Shown piece after piece: positions 1 through 10,451 of a DNA stretch of 64,000 bases. The notes under the pieces were generated by a model, which was not told the origin of the DNA, did no database searches, and saw only the letters and a program-made list of their open reading frames with translations. The first letter of the stretch is position 1. Every line of letters begins with the position of its first letter. Position numbers and translations under genes: made by a program. Source of the DNA: Promethearchaeota archaeon Loki_b32 (GTDB lineage: Archaea; Asgardarchaeota; Lokiarchaeia; Sigyniarchaeales; SOKP01). The DNA lies in contig NJBH01000018.1 of the NCBI GenBank assembly GCA_005223125.1, forward strand, positions 1 through 64,000. Direction: 5' to 3'.

Positions 1-140
1 GTTTAATCGTAGGAATTTTAGGGATACTTTTTTTAGGGCAATTTAAGCGTCATAAAATGGTAGGAGTTATTGTTGTTTCGATAGTTCTCTTGGCTGTGTG
101 TGGCCTTCATACAGGGATTAGATACTTTCGGATTTATTAA
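1..140 (+). CDS. 3' end of a small hydrophobic membrane protein (partial, runs off the window)
   Basis: Open frame from base 3: LIVGILGILFLGQFKRHKMVGVIVVSIVLLAVCGLHTGIRYFRIY, then TAA at 138-140; two hydrophobic segments. Confidence 0.5.
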   Translation, partial: LIVGILGILFLGQFKRHKMVGVIVVSIVLLAVCGLHTGIRYFRIY

Positions 141-167
141 AAGATAGAAAGAATAGAATTTCTAAGT

Positions 168-464
168 TTAATAGTATCCACTATTTCCAGAGTTCGCGCC
201 CTCTCCGATAGTGATTCCCATTATTTCTAGAGTTGCTCCTGAACACCAGCATCCACCCCATAATAACACAATTGCAGTCATAAACCAACTAACTTTTATT
301 GATCTTCCTGTAAAAATCGACATGATACAAAGTATCATTAAAAATCCACCAAATGTAAAGCACATATTTCCAATATAATTAAAAATAATAGAGAAAATAG
401 ACCCAAGCTGATATCGTAGGTTCACAGCAAAAAACGGAAAAACTAATAAGAAAATTACAATCAC
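168..464 (-). CDS. small membrane protein, loosely VirB2/TrbC pilin-like
   Basis: 98 aa with 2-3 hydrophobic helices and a short basic loop (TGRSIK); family call is weak. Confidence 0.45.
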   Translation of the reverse strand: MIVIFLLVFPFFAVNLRYQLGSIFSIIFNYIGNMCFTFGGFLMILCIMSIFTGRSIKVSWFMTAIVLLWGGCWCSGATLEIMGITIGEGANSGNSGYY

Positions 465-620
465 AAAGAAGACGTTCGCATATCTCCTCCATATCTTATT
501 CTGAATAAAAAATTAGCAAAATATAAGAGCGTTAAATTAAGAGAATGTTTAGATCATTTATATTTAAATAATAAAAGAAATATTCTGGTATCAAAAATAC
601 TTTTTTCAATATCTTTATTA

Positions 621-1838
621 TTGATTATATTATTAGTTTTTTTATTAAGAGTAGAAAATACTATCTTTTCATTTGTAATCTTACCTTTATTTATAATTAT
701 TGACGCAACATTACTTATATGGAGTTATTTTGATTATATTTCCTTTTACACAGGAGTAAAATTAATTTTTTTTATGAAGCTATTTCACCAAGATAATAAA
801 ATGTTAAAGGAAGTTAATGAACTAAAAAATTATATCAAGAATAATCAATGGTTTGAAGCAAAATCTGAATTTTTACTTTTCTTAAGAAAGAATCTTAAGG
901 AAATATATTACCCAATTTCTCAAAAATTAAGATACCATAGGATAATAGAAGAATTTAGGGAATTTTGTGTTAATATTTTTGACACGCATAAAAGTAGTGG
1001 ATATAATGAAAAGATCGAATTATTTTTTATTAGTTTAAATAGAGTATTAAAATATGAATCTAAAAATCTATATGAAGAGGATTTTGTAACTCCTCTTTTA
1101 GAATCATTAAAATACTTCTCAGATCTTAAAAGAAAAATTAATAGATGGGATAAATGGATAAAACATTATGTCTTTAATAATGAAGATTTTGAACTTCTAA
1201 TTGATGATCAAATTATCCAAGAAATCGAAGTATTGAAAAATAAATTGGATATTAATAAATTTAGAAATATTCTTAAAGCAGAATACTCATCAGAAAAAGA
1301 GAAGGATGAAATATATAGATTTTATGAAATATTTATTAAAGAAATAAAGAAAATTCAAAGTGAATATTTCAGCATATTTTTAAGTGTTTTAAATTTATCT
1401 GACTTTAAAAAACTTCTAGGATTAATTAAAAATTATACAACTTCTTTAGAGAATCTGTTTATGAAGAAATTAAGCAAAAAAGAATGCAAAAAAATATATA
1501 ATAACTATAAAAATCTTTTAGATAATATATTTGAAACAGATAAAAGAGAAATTCTTAAAGAAAATCTAAAATCTTTAAGAAAATATAAAGATGATTTGGA
1601 TAGATTAGAAATTTATATAGATTTTTCTAAAAAATATAAGATTCTTATTTTTTTAGATTTCTCAGTTATAAATAAACAGTATTATCCAATAATTACTTTA
1701 AAATTAAGAACTAATAGACTTTTTGAATTTGAAGTCTCAGAAATTTTTCCTATAATGAGATCAGAGGAAATAAGAGAAGATATTAATCAATATTTAAAAA
1801 AAATTGCTGAAAAGAATAAAATGAAGTCAAATAATTAA
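621..1838 (+). CDS. hypothetical protein with N-terminal TM segment(s) and a helical K/E-rich body
   Basis: 405-aa ORF; no recognisable motif. Confidence 0.55.
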   Translation: MIILLVFLLRVENTIFSFVILPLFIIIDATLLIWSYFDYISFYTGVKLIFFMKLFHQDNKMLKEVNELKNYIKNNQWFEAKSEFLLFLRKNLKEIYYPISQKLRYHRIIEEFREFCVNIFDTHKSSGYNEKIELFFISLNRVLKYESKNLYEEDFVTPLLESLKYFSDLKRKINRWDKWIKHYVFNNEDFELLIDDQIIQEIEVLKNKLDINKFRNILKAEYSSEKEKDEIYRFYEIFIKEIKKIQSEYFSIFLSVLNLSDFKKLLGLIKNYTTSLENLFMKKLSKKECKKIYNNYKNLLDNIFETDKREILKENLKSLRKYKDDLDRLEIYIDFSKKYKILIFLDFSVINKQYYPIITLKLRTNRLFEFEVSEIFPIMRSEEIREDINQYLKKIAEKNKMKSNN

Positions 1839-1916
1839 TGCAATGCTCTTCTCATAGTAGCAATTTATTTAATCATAGGGTAGTACTTATATGTATAAGA
1901 TTCTAAATTTAATAAC

Positions 1917-2327
1917 TTGCTTTTATTATGGTTTACTCTCAATGATGAGGACTATGAAGTCAAATTAAATTTTAAAGAATATTATCGAGATCATTTTTTA
2001 TTTCAGACTTTAAGGAATTTAACACGTATAAAGATCGGCAATAAAATCTTTAGGTTAATAAAACTTCCCAAGAAGGATATGAAGAAGCATGTTCACTATA
2101 AGAATCCCGACTTGTATCCTTTATTACTTCAAGGGAGGCGTATCTATGATGCGTGGAAAGAGGATGGTTTGTTCGATGCTTTCATTTCAATACCAAGTGA
2201 GATTCTTAGATCTCATAAACTTTTTATTAATTATTTTTATAAGTATTGCAAGCTTGAGCCTGAAGAAAATTATTGTGAATCTACGAATACAAAAGAATTG
2301 GAATTTAATATTTTTCCAGATATATAA
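1917..2327 (+). CDS. hypothetical protein
   Basis: 136-aa ORF with natural composition; start uncertain. Confidence 0.45.
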   Translation: MLLLWFTLNDEDYEVKLNFKEYYRDHFLFQTLRNLTRIKIGNKIFRLIKLPKKDMKKHVHYKNPDLYPLLLQGRRIYDAWKEDGLFDAFISIPSEILRSHKLFINYFYKYCKLEPEENYCESTNTKELEFNIFPDI

Positions 2328-2562
2328 TTTATTAGCTATAATTTTAAGAATAATTTTTATACAAAAATTTCAGTTTTCAGGAAATTGTGTAAAGATTATT
2401 TCAAATTAATGAAGAATTAGCGATTAAAAACCATTCCAGAATTTTTTCATGGAGTTTTTTAAGGTATCTTCAATTTCCTTTTCAAAATCATAAAAGATGC
2501 TAATATTATAAAGAGTATATTAATAAAGAGTATATTTTATAATTATAAGGGATACAATTTGT

Positions 2563-3435
2563 TCAATGATTTTCAGAAGAACTTTGAATTGCTTTCGACA
2601 TTTTTACGAACTCAAATAATTGTGGAGTAACATCATGTGTACGAACAATATGAGCTCCATTAAAAATTGCAATTGCTGTAGCCGCAAGAGTTCCATTTAA
2701 TCTTTTTTCGGGGTCAGGTATATTAAGAGTCATTCCTATGAAGGATTTTCTTGAAATAGCTACTAGTATTGGTTTATTTAACTCTTTAAGTTTATATAAA
2801 TTCCCTATTATCTTTAAATCGAATATGTGAGTTTTTTCCTCAATCCAATGCCCTATTCCAGGATCTAAAATGATTTTATTTTCATCATAACCTTTTTTTA
2901 TCAAACTTTCAATGGTTTTTTTAAACTCTTCTATAATTTCTTCAATGGTACATAGATCTCCTGGTATTTTTTTCGAAGCCATAATAATTAATGGAAGATC
3001 TTTTTCAATGATAAAATCAGCTAATGTTGAATCTGTTTTTAGGCAACTTACATCATTAATTATTATTCTTATGTTTGTTTTAGTGGCAATTTTAAATGCA
3101 ATTTCAGCAACTTCGCGATATTGAGTATCAACAGATATTATTACTGAATCTGGTATTATTTCGCACACATTTTCCATAGCAATTTTCATACGATTTACTT
3201 CTTCTTCTACAGAGATTTTTTCAGACCATGGTGCAGTAGAACGTCCACCAATATCAAGAATATGAGCACCATTTTTTATCATGTCACTAGCAGCCTCTTT
3301 AATTTTTCCGGGTTCTTTATATACAGAGCCTTTATAAAAAGATTCTGGGCTAAGATTGATAACTCCCATAACAATAGTTGGGAAATCATCACCAATTTCT
3401 AAAAAACCGTACAATTTAGTGTATATTTTCTTCAA
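2563..3435 (-). CDS. folP: dihydropteroate synthase
   Basis: MGVINLSPESF, DIGGRST, ISVDT, INDVS, ILDPGIG, SRKSFIG and IVRTHDV motifs. Confidence 0.93.
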   Translation of the reverse strand: MKKIYTKLYGFLEIGDDFPTIVMGVINLSPESFYKGSVYKEPGKIKEAASDMIKNGAHILDIGGRSTAPWSEKISVEEEVNRMKIAMENVCEIIPDSVIISVDTQYREVAEIAFKIATKTNIRIIINDVSCLKTDSTLADFIIEKDLPLIIMASKKIPGDLCTIEEIIEEFKKTIESLIKKGYDENKIILDPGIGHWIEEKTHIFDLKIIGNLYKLKELNKPILVAISRKSFIGMTLNIPDPEKRLNGTLAATAIAIFNGAHIVRTHDVTPQLFEFVKMSKAIQSSSENH

Positions 3436-3466
3436 AGCTTATCTATAAAATGAAAAAAATATATCA

Positions 3467-3540
3467 AATAAGTATTATTCTTTTATGTTATATGGAGTTA
3501 TTTTCGATTAGACTTCCTATTATTAAGAAAAATTCCATTA
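3467..3540 (+). repeat. degenerate direct repeat of the cofE leader and first codons (copy 1, gene remnant)
   Basis: Aligns with 4518-4593; ATG at 3492 encodes MELFSIRLPIIKKN versus MELFSIRLPLIKKN, followed by a 2-bp deletion. Confidence 0.85.
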
Positions 3541-3836
3541 CATCTTCATATTTACTAAAAATATTAGCCTTTAATCTCTCTTCTTGTTCCATTAAGAATT
3601 CTATTATAATTTCCTTTATATTTCTCCATTATGGCTCACATAATTACAATATTTTTATTAAAAACATTAATTATATTATTAAATTGAAACAAATTTATTC
3701 TTGAAATGAATTTAAATTTCTTAATTAGGACTTAGCAAGTTTTGCAGAAAAAAGGACAATAATTTAAGTATAAATTTCTAATAATATATTGAATTTATTA
3801 AATTCTTTATAACTCCAGTTTAGTGAGGTTAAAAAA

Positions 3837-4106
3837 ATGGATATTATAATTTCAAAAGAAGAGATAATAGAGTATGAAAAGTTAAAAGTTATTAGTGAAA
3901 TCACTTTGACAAAGGAAAAAACAACCCTTTTTGAAAAGAAATACGGGTGCTCTATAGACGCTTTTAGAAAGAGAATGGAAGAGACTGACGAGGATTTTGA
4001 AGAATGGGATGATTATATCGAATGGAAGGCTAATTTCGAATTATTAAAGGATTTAGAAAACAAATTAATTGAACTAGACAATGCAAAAAACATTAAAATT
4101 GTTTAA
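3837..4106 (+). CDS. putative antitoxin (TumA-like partner of a DUF6516 toxin)
   Basis: FEKKYG...F...EEWDDYIEW pattern; overlaps the downstream toxin gene. Confidence 0.7.
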   Translation: MDIIISKEEIIEYEKLKVISEITLTKEKTTLFEKKYGCSIDAFRKRMEETDEDFEEWDDYIEWKANFELLKDLENKLIELDNAKNIKIV

Positions 4107-4428
4107 AAAGAGTCGAATAATTAAAAAACACACGATTCTTGATTATAAATCTAGTTCTAAAGCACAATACTTAAAAGCTAAAGTGGAAATAAAAAATGGA
4201 GATTTATTATTTCTAAAAGAATATATTTCTTCGACTGAACATTTATATTCATATCATTGGCAAAAAGCAAATGGAGATTTAATAATTAGATGGGATAATT
4301 CACCACACCATAAGTCTCTAACAACTTTTCCTCATCATAAGCATAGTCCAGATTTGGAAGAATCTTATGAAACAACTTTTAAAGATATAATTAAAGTTAT
4401 TAAAAAGATTATGAAAAAGGGAAAATAA
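4081..4428 (+). CDS. DUF6516/TumE-family toxin
   Basis: YSYHWQ...LIIRWDNSPHH...TFPHHKH signature. Confidence 0.8.
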   Translation: MQKTLKLFKKSRIIKKHTILDYKSSSKAQYLKAKVEIKNGDLLFLKEYISSTEHLYSYHWQKANGDLIIRWDNSPHHKSLTTFPHHKHSPDLEESYETTFKDIIKVIKKIMKKGK

Positions 4429-4517
4429 ATGTCAGAGATGTACCTATTTCTTATTTGAATAAATTAGAATTTTAAAGATGCAAATCTATACAATAGTATA
4501 GACAAAAATAGATTTAT

Positions 4518-4593
4518 AATAAGTATTATTCTATTACGTGCTATGGAATTATTTTCTATAAGACTTCCTCTCATTAAGAAAAATGATCCATTA
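4518..4593 (+). repeat. direct repeat copy 2 (intact cofE leader and 5' end)
   Basis: Matches 3467-3540. Confidence 0.85.
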
Positions 4594-5328
4594 TTAGAGA
4601 TTATTGTTCAGAACATTAAGGATCAAGGAAAATCTTTGAATGAGGGAGATATCATTGTTATTGCTGAAAAGATTGTCGCTACATCTCAAGGCAGAGTAAT
4701 CAAGTTATCTGAAGTTAAAAAAATTTCAGAACAAGCAATTACGCTAGCAAAAGAATATGATATGGATGAAAGATATGTTGAATTGATTTTACGAGAAGCA
4801 TCCATGATTCTTGGAGGAATGACACATGTCATATTGGCAAAAGTGAATGATTTTCTTATTGCTAATGCTGGAATCGATCAATCCAATGCAGGTTTAGGTA
4901 ATGTAGTTCTATTGCCAAAAGATTTGAAAGAAGTTGTATGGTATTATTGGAGAGAATTAAGAAAAGAATTTAAAGTAAATGATCTTGGAGTTATTATAGC
5001 AGATTCGAGAGTTCAGCCTCTCAGAAAAGGAACTATTGGGATAGCAATAGCTACAGCGGGATTTGAACCCATTGAGGATTTAAAAGGTCAGCCAGATCTA
5101 TTTAATAGACCCATGGAGATAACTATGAGAGCAATTGCAGATGATCTTGTAAGTGCTGCCCAGTTTCTACTGGGTGAAGCTGATAATCAAACACCAATAG
5201 TAATAATAAGAGGGAGCAAAGTTGATTTTACAGAGAATCCTACAATGACACCTGAAATGCCTCCCGAGGAATGTCTCTATATGAACATTTTTTCTAAATA
5301 TCTTTTAAAAAAGCAAAAAGATCTCTAA
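4543..5328 (+). CDS. cofE: CofE-family gamma-glutamyl ligase (F420-0:glutamate ligase or FolC2-like)
   Basis: GDIIVIAEKIVATSQGR, ANAGIDQSN, GVIIADS.V.PLR.G, DLKG.PDLF.R and GEAD.QTPIVIIRG motifs. Confidence 0.88.
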   Translation: MELFSIRLPLIKKNDPLLEIIVQNIKDQGKSLNEGDIIVIAEKIVATSQGRVIKLSEVKKISEQAITLAKEYDMDERYVELILREASMILGGMTHVILAKVNDFLIANAGIDQSNAGLGNVVLLPKDLKEVVWYYWRELRKEFKVNDLGVIIADSRVQPLRKGTIGIAIATAGFEPIEDLKGQPDLFNRPMEITMRAIADDLVSAAQFLLGEADNQTPIVIIRGSKVDFTENPTMTPEMPPEECLYMNIFSKYLLKKQKDL

Positions 5329-5510
5329 ATTAAATTGCTTTACAATGTGGTTTTTAAGCCATTATTGTTGGTTTGCACTTTTTGAGGTTTTAAGTGATAT
5401 TCCTCAATTAAAATTATAAAATTATCTGGTATTTTTAAATTTATCAGTTAGATTTTTTTGACATCTTTAATAAATATAGTTATATCAATTGCTAAAATAT
5501 TGATACTAAA

Positions 5511-6812
5511 ATGAAGGAAGTAAAATATACAACAATTTCTGAAGCTGTAAAGGCAGGTTCTACAAATGTAAATTTTAGAGGTTGGGTTTATAGAGAAAGA
5601 AAATCGAACAAATTTGTATTTATTGTTTTAAGGGATGAATCTGACATAATACAGTGCGTTATTTCTAAAGATAAAAATCCTGAAGTTTTTGAGGAGGCTG
5701 AAAAGTTAACTATTGAATCATCTGTCAAGGTCTCAGGTGAACTAAAGAAGGATGATAGAGCACCCACTGGTTATGAAGTTTCTGTATCTGATTTGGAAAT
5801 TTTCCAGATTTCCGAACCCTTTCCAATTACCGAACATCAATCACCTGAGCTTCTATATGACAACAGGCATTTATGGATAAGATCCCGAAAATTAAATGCA
5901 ATTCTAAAAATACGACATACAATAGTTGGGGCTATTCATGAATTTTTTAGAAGTCATGGTTATTATGAATTTGATGCCCCAATTTTTCAACCTAGCCAAT
6001 CTGAAGGAGGTGCAACTTTATTCGAGGTGAAATATTTTAATGATATAACGTATCTTAGCCAAACATGGCAACTATATGCTGAAGCAGGTATTTTTTCATT
6101 AGGAAAAATATATAATATGGGACCAACTTTCAGAGCAGAAAAATCAAAAACTTCAAGACATTTATCAGAATTTTGGATGGCTGAAATGGAAGCTGCTTGG
6201 ATGAAACTTGGTGAAATTACTGAGGTTGCTAAAGACGAAATTAGGTTTATTGTAAAGCAAGTTTTAAAACATAATAGAAAAGAACTTGAAATTTTAAAGA
6301 GAGATATAAAACTAATTGAAAATTATGCCGAAGCAGAATATCCAACCATAAAATATTCTGAAGCTTTAGATATTCTTAATACAAAATATAATATGAATGT
6401 TCCATGGGGTAAGGATTTAAGAACAATTGAAGAAGCTAAAATTGCTGATCACTTTAAAGTACCTGTGGTTGTCACACATTATCCTACAGAAATCATGGGA
6501 TTTTACAAACCTCCAAGTGAAGAAAATCCTAAGGAAGCATTATGTTTTGATATGTTAGCTCCAGAGGGATATTGTGAACTCATTGGAGGATCTGAAAGAA
6601 GTTTATTAGTCGATGATATGATAAAAAGATTAGAAGCAGGTGGTGAAGATCCAAAGAATTATGATTGGTATTTTGAATTAAGACGCTATGGTAGTGTTCC
6701 TCATTCTGGATATGGTGTAGGTGTTGAAAGAGTTGTTATGTGGTTATGTGGAATAGATAATATAAAAGATGCAATTCCGTTCCCGCGAACTATGCTCCGA
6801 AAAACGCCCTAA
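5511..6812 (+). CDS. asnS: asparaginyl-tRNA synthetase, archaeal type
   Basis: OB fold (RGWVYRER...FIVLRD), EGGATLF, motif 2 FRAEKSKTSRHLSEFW, APEGYCELIGGSER, motif 3 GSVPHSGYGVGVER. Confidence 0.9.
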   Translation: MKEVKYTTISEAVKAGSTNVNFRGWVYRERKSNKFVFIVLRDESDIIQCVISKDKNPEVFEEAEKLTIESSVKVSGELKKDDRAPTGYEVSVSDLEIFQISEPFPITEHQSPELLYDNRHLWIRSRKLNAILKIRHTIVGAIHEFFRSHGYYEFDAPIFQPSQSEGGATLFEVKYFNDITYLSQTWQLYAEAGIFSLGKIYNMGPTFRAEKSKTSRHLSEFWMAEMEAAWMKLGEITEVAKDEIRFIVKQVLKHNRKELEILKRDIKLIENYAEAEYPTIKYSEALDILNTKYNMNVPWGKDLRTIEEAKIADHFKVPVVVTHYPTEIMGFYKPPSEENPKEALCFDMLAPEGYCELIGGSERSLLVDDMIKRLEAGGEDPKNYDWYFELRRYGSVPHSGYGVGVERVVMWLCGIDNIKDAIPFPRTMLRKTP

Positions 6813-6967
6813 GATATTGACAATATTTAATTGATAACTCTTTTAATCATAATTCTAAAATTTGGATAATAAGTTTAGTGAAATTTTTTAGAAGTCAAGC
6901 CTTTAAATGATTTAAGAAATTAGCAATGACTTCTCGTAAATAAATTCCCATTTTTAATTCGGTCCTT

Positions 6968-8446
6968 ATGAGACTCCATAAATTTATGGCACATGAATTA
7001 TTTGAAAAGATTAGGAGTAAAGAAATTTCAATCCTAGAATTAATAGAATCTTGTTTTGAAAGGATAGAAGAAACTGATCATCTTTTACACTCATTTGTTA
7101 ATTTATCTAAAGAGAAAGCTATAAAAAAAGCTAAACTGCTTGATAATAATTTAAAAAAAGGTAAAAAAATTGGCAAACTATATGGGTTACCAATAGCTAA
7201 TAAAGACCTTATATGTGTTAAAGATTTTCCAACAACTTGTAGTTCAAAAATATTGAAAGATTATCGTCCTCCTTATAATGCATTTGTAATTGAACACCTA
7301 ATTGAACAAGAAGGAGCAATTCATATTGGTAATACAAATATGGATGAATTTGCGATGGGGAGTTCCACAGAAAATAGTTGTTATGGCCCTACTAATAATC
7401 CTTGGGATCTTACACATGTTCCAGGAGGATCAAGTGGTGGTTCTGCCGCTAGTATCGCATCAGGACAAGCGATATTAGCTTTAGGAAGTGATACAGGAGG
7501 TAGTATTCGTTGTCCTGCTTCTTTTTGTGGGGTTGTTGGATTAAAACCTACTTATGGTAGGGTTTCTAGATATGGTTTAGTTGCATTTGCAAATTCATTA
7601 GATCAGATTGGTCCCATTACTAAATGTGTTTATGATTCAGCATTAATGCTTGAAATTATGTCAGGTAAAGATCCACTCGATTCCACATCAGTAGATATTA
7701 GAGTTGACAAATATACACAAGAATTAAAAAAGCCAATAGATAAAAAGATTTTAGGAATTCCAGAGGAATTTTTTGGAGATGGTATTGATAGTGAAGTACA
7801 TCGAGCTGTTAAAGATGCTATTAATAAATTAGAAAACTTAGGAGCTAAAATTATGGAGGTTTCAATACCGCATCTTGAATATACAGTGGCAACCTATTAT
7901 TTACTCTGTATGAGCGAAGCAAGTTCAAATTTAGCAAGATACGATGGCTTAAGATATGGTATTATGAGTGATAATCTATCAGGCGATGTTTACGACGTTT
8001 TTAGCAGGACAAGATCAGAAAATTTTGGACCTGAAGTGAGAAGGAGGATTTTCTTAGGAACATATGCTTTATCGGCAGGATACTACGATATGTTCTATAT
8101 AAAAGCCTTGAAGGTTAGATCATTAATTAAAAATGATTTCGATGAAGCGTTTAAGAGATGTGATTCTATTGTGTGTCCTACAATGCCTACTACTGCATTC
8201 AAACTTGGTCAATTTATAGATGATCCTTTACAAATGTATATAGCTGATATTTTAACTTGTCCTGTTAACCTCGCGGGTATCCCAGCGTTGAGTATCCCAT
8301 GTGGTTTTGACAATAATGGTTTACCTATAGGATTTCAAATTATTGGAAATTTTTTTGATGAGAAAGGAATCCTAAATATCGGATATCAACTTGAACAAGA
8401 ATTAAATATATATCGAAAAATTGCTCCAGTAACAAAAGGGGGGTAA
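6968..8446 (+). CDS. gatA: Asp/Glu-tRNA amidotransferase subunit A
   Basis: Amidase signature NMDEFAMGSSTE, GGSSGGSAA, GSDTGGSIR; NLARYDG; EVRRRIFLGTY. Confidence 0.96.
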   Translation: MRLHKFMAHELFEKIRSKEISILELIESCFERIEETDHLLHSFVNLSKEKAIKKAKLLDNNLKKGKKIGKLYGLPIANKDLICVKDFPTTCSSKILKDYRPPYNAFVIEHLIEQEGAIHIGNTNMDEFAMGSSTENSCYGPTNNPWDLTHVPGGSSGGSAASIASGQAILALGSDTGGSIRCPASFCGVVGLKPTYGRVSRYGLVAFANSLDQIGPITKCVYDSALMLEIMSGKDPLDSTSVDIRVDKYTQELKKPIDKKILGIPEEFFGDGIDSEVHRAVKDAINKLENLGAKIMEVSIPHLEYTVATYYLLCMSEASSNLARYDGLRYGIMSDNLSGDVYDVFSRTRSENFGPEVRRRIFLGTYALSAGYYDMFYIKALKVRSLIKNDFDEAFKRCDSIVCPTMPTTAFKLGQFIDDPLQMYIADILTCPVNLAGIPALSIPCGFDNNGLPIGFQIIGNFFDEKGILNIGYQLEQELNIYRKIAPVTKGG

Positions 8447-8452
8447 AATAAA

Positions 8453-9919
8453 TTGAGCCTACAAAAAGATGTTATAATTGGATTAGAAGTTCACATTCAA
8501 TTAACAAATCTTAAAACAAAACTCTTTTGTAGCTGTAGTAATGATTATCGTGGTACAGAGCCAAATTCCCATGTTTGCCCTATATGTATAGGATTACCAG
8601 GGTCCCTTCCAGTAGTAAATAAAAAAGCAATAGAATTTGCAACTCGAATAGCAATTGCGTTAAATTGTAAAATCAATAAATCTATGTATTTTTTTAGAAA
8701 GAATTATTTCTATGTAGATTTACCAAAAGGGTTCCAAATAAGTCAATATAACAGAGCAGGGGGAAGAGCTTTCGCAGATGGAGGGCAAATTACCTTAAAA
8801 TTAAATTCACATAAGAAAGATATAATTCTTAATCGGATACATTTAGAAGAAGACCCCGCCAGATTAGTACATAAAGGAAGTATAGCAACCTCACCTTATA
8901 CACTAGTAGACTATAATCGATCAGGAGTTACCTTGATAGAGATAGTGACAGAACCAGTGATAGGCTCACCCGAAGAAGCTCGTGAATTCTTAAAACAAGT
9001 AAAATCAATTGTTCAATATTCAGGAATTTCAAGTTTAGATCTTGAAGGTTCTGTAAGAGTGGATGCAAATATCTCGATTAAAGGTCATGAACGTAGTGAA
9101 GTTAAAAATATCAATAGTTTTAAAGAAGTAGAGAGAGCTTTAAGACATGAAATAGTAAGACAAAAGAATCAACTCAAGAGAGGAAAAGAATTAATACAAG
9201 AAACGAGACATTGGGATGATAAAAGAAGAATCACAATTTCCCTGCGAACTAAAGAGTTTGAAGCAGACTATCGCTATTTTCCTGAGCAAGATTTAGTTCC
9301 AATAGAAATTGATAATAATTTTATCCAAAAAGTTAAAGATGAATTACCCGAAATGCCAAGTGAGAGATCATTAAGACTTCGTAGAGATTACAATTTATCG
9401 GATTTTGATTCAGATAATCTAGTATTAGATAAAGATATTGCTGATTTTTACGAGGAAGGTGTAAATTCTGACGCTTTGTTCGGAACAAATGAATATAAGC
9501 AATATTGTAATTGGTTAATGAATGATGTTTCAAGAGTATTAAATGAACAAAACAAAACGATTAAAGATACTAAACTACACCCACATCAGATAGTCGACAT
9601 AATTAGACACATCAATGAAGGAAAAATAACAACCAAAATTGCTAAAAACATAATAGATGATATGATAGATGGTTTTTCAATTTCGGAGATTCTTGAAATG
9701 AAAGGTAAAAAAAGAATTTCTGATGAAAATCTCCTTGAGAAATTAGGTATTGAAGTTATAGAAGAAAATTCTAAGATTGTAAAAGATTGCCGTGTAAATC
9801 CAAAAGCAATAGAGGCGTTAATTGGAAGAGTAATGCAAAAAACTAAAGGACAAGCTGATCCCCATATTACTAGGACCATAATACTTGAACTTCTAAAAGA
9901 GAAAGGAATAACTGAGTGA
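8453..9919 (+). CDS. gatB: Asp/Glu-tRNA amidotransferase subunit B
   Basis: IGLEVHIQL, CPICIGLPG, RKNYFY.DLPKGFQISQ, HLEED, EVKNINSF, DYRYFPE. Confidence 0.96.
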   Translation: MSLQKDVIIGLEVHIQLTNLKTKLFCSCSNDYRGTEPNSHVCPICIGLPGSLPVVNKKAIEFATRIAIALNCKINKSMYFFRKNYFYVDLPKGFQISQYNRAGGRAFADGGQITLKLNSHKKDIILNRIHLEEDPARLVHKGSIATSPYTLVDYNRSGVTLIEIVTEPVIGSPEEAREFLKQVKSIVQYSGISSLDLEGSVRVDANISIKGHERSEVKNINSFKEVERALRHEIVRQKNQLKRGKELIQETRHWDDKRRITISLRTKEFEADYRYFPEQDLVPIEIDNNFIQKVKDELPEMPSERSLRLRRDYNLSDFDSDNLVLDKDIADFYEEGVNSDALFGTNEYKQYCNWLMNDVSRVLNEQNKTIKDTKLHPHQIVDIIRHINEGKITTKIAKNIIDDMIDGFSISEILEMKGKKRISDENLLEKLGIEVIEENSKIVKDCRVNPKAIEALIGRVMQKTKGQADPHITRTIILELLKEKGITE

Positions 9920-9948
9920 AATATTTTTAAAAAAAATAAATAAAAAAA

Positions 9949-10302
9949 TTATATCAATGAGCCCAATGCTGAACTCGCAGCATCTAATTTTAAGTTTATT
10001 ATACCTAATTTTGCTTCACGAGTGGTAATTATAGTCAAGATATTCCCCTTAATTTCGCTAAAAAGGATTTTTCCTTTTTCAGATTCTATAATTGCACTAT
10101 AAAATTGGCCTTGTTCTAGTTCTTTAGTTGCTCTCTGACTAGCCTTCAAGATTAATGTAACCATTGCTGCTACGGCTTCTGGATCAACCCAACCAGGTAA
10201 GGCACTTCCTTTTAATAATCCAAATTTCTCAATTAAGGCTGCCCCGTGAACTCCTTTTATACTCTTCAAACTATCGAGAATTCCAGTTATTCTTTCACTC
10301 AT
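9949..10302 (-). CDS. roadblock/LC7 domain protein
   Basis: 117 aa; GV.GAALI...GLL....LP...DPE.VAAM and AKLGII pattern. Confidence 0.85.
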   Translation of the reverse strand: MSERITGILDSLKSIKGVHGAALIEKFGLLKGSALPGWVDPEAVAAMVTLILKASQRATKELEQGQFYSAIIESEKGKILFSEIKGNILTIITTREAKLGIINLKLDAASSALGSLI

Positions 10303-10451
10303 TTAACTCAATTTACATTTATGTTATGAGAATGTTAATTCTTTAATTATTATGTAATTTTTAATTATATTTAAGTATAGGAATCTTGTTTAAAAAAGCT
10401 AATTTTTCCTAATTTGTAATTATAAAAATAATAAAATAAGAAAAGGATTTA

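Noticed and set aside
3450-3704. 84-aa ORF containing MELFSIRLP
   Set aside because: Explained by the decayed cofE duplicate running into low-complexity AT-rich DNA
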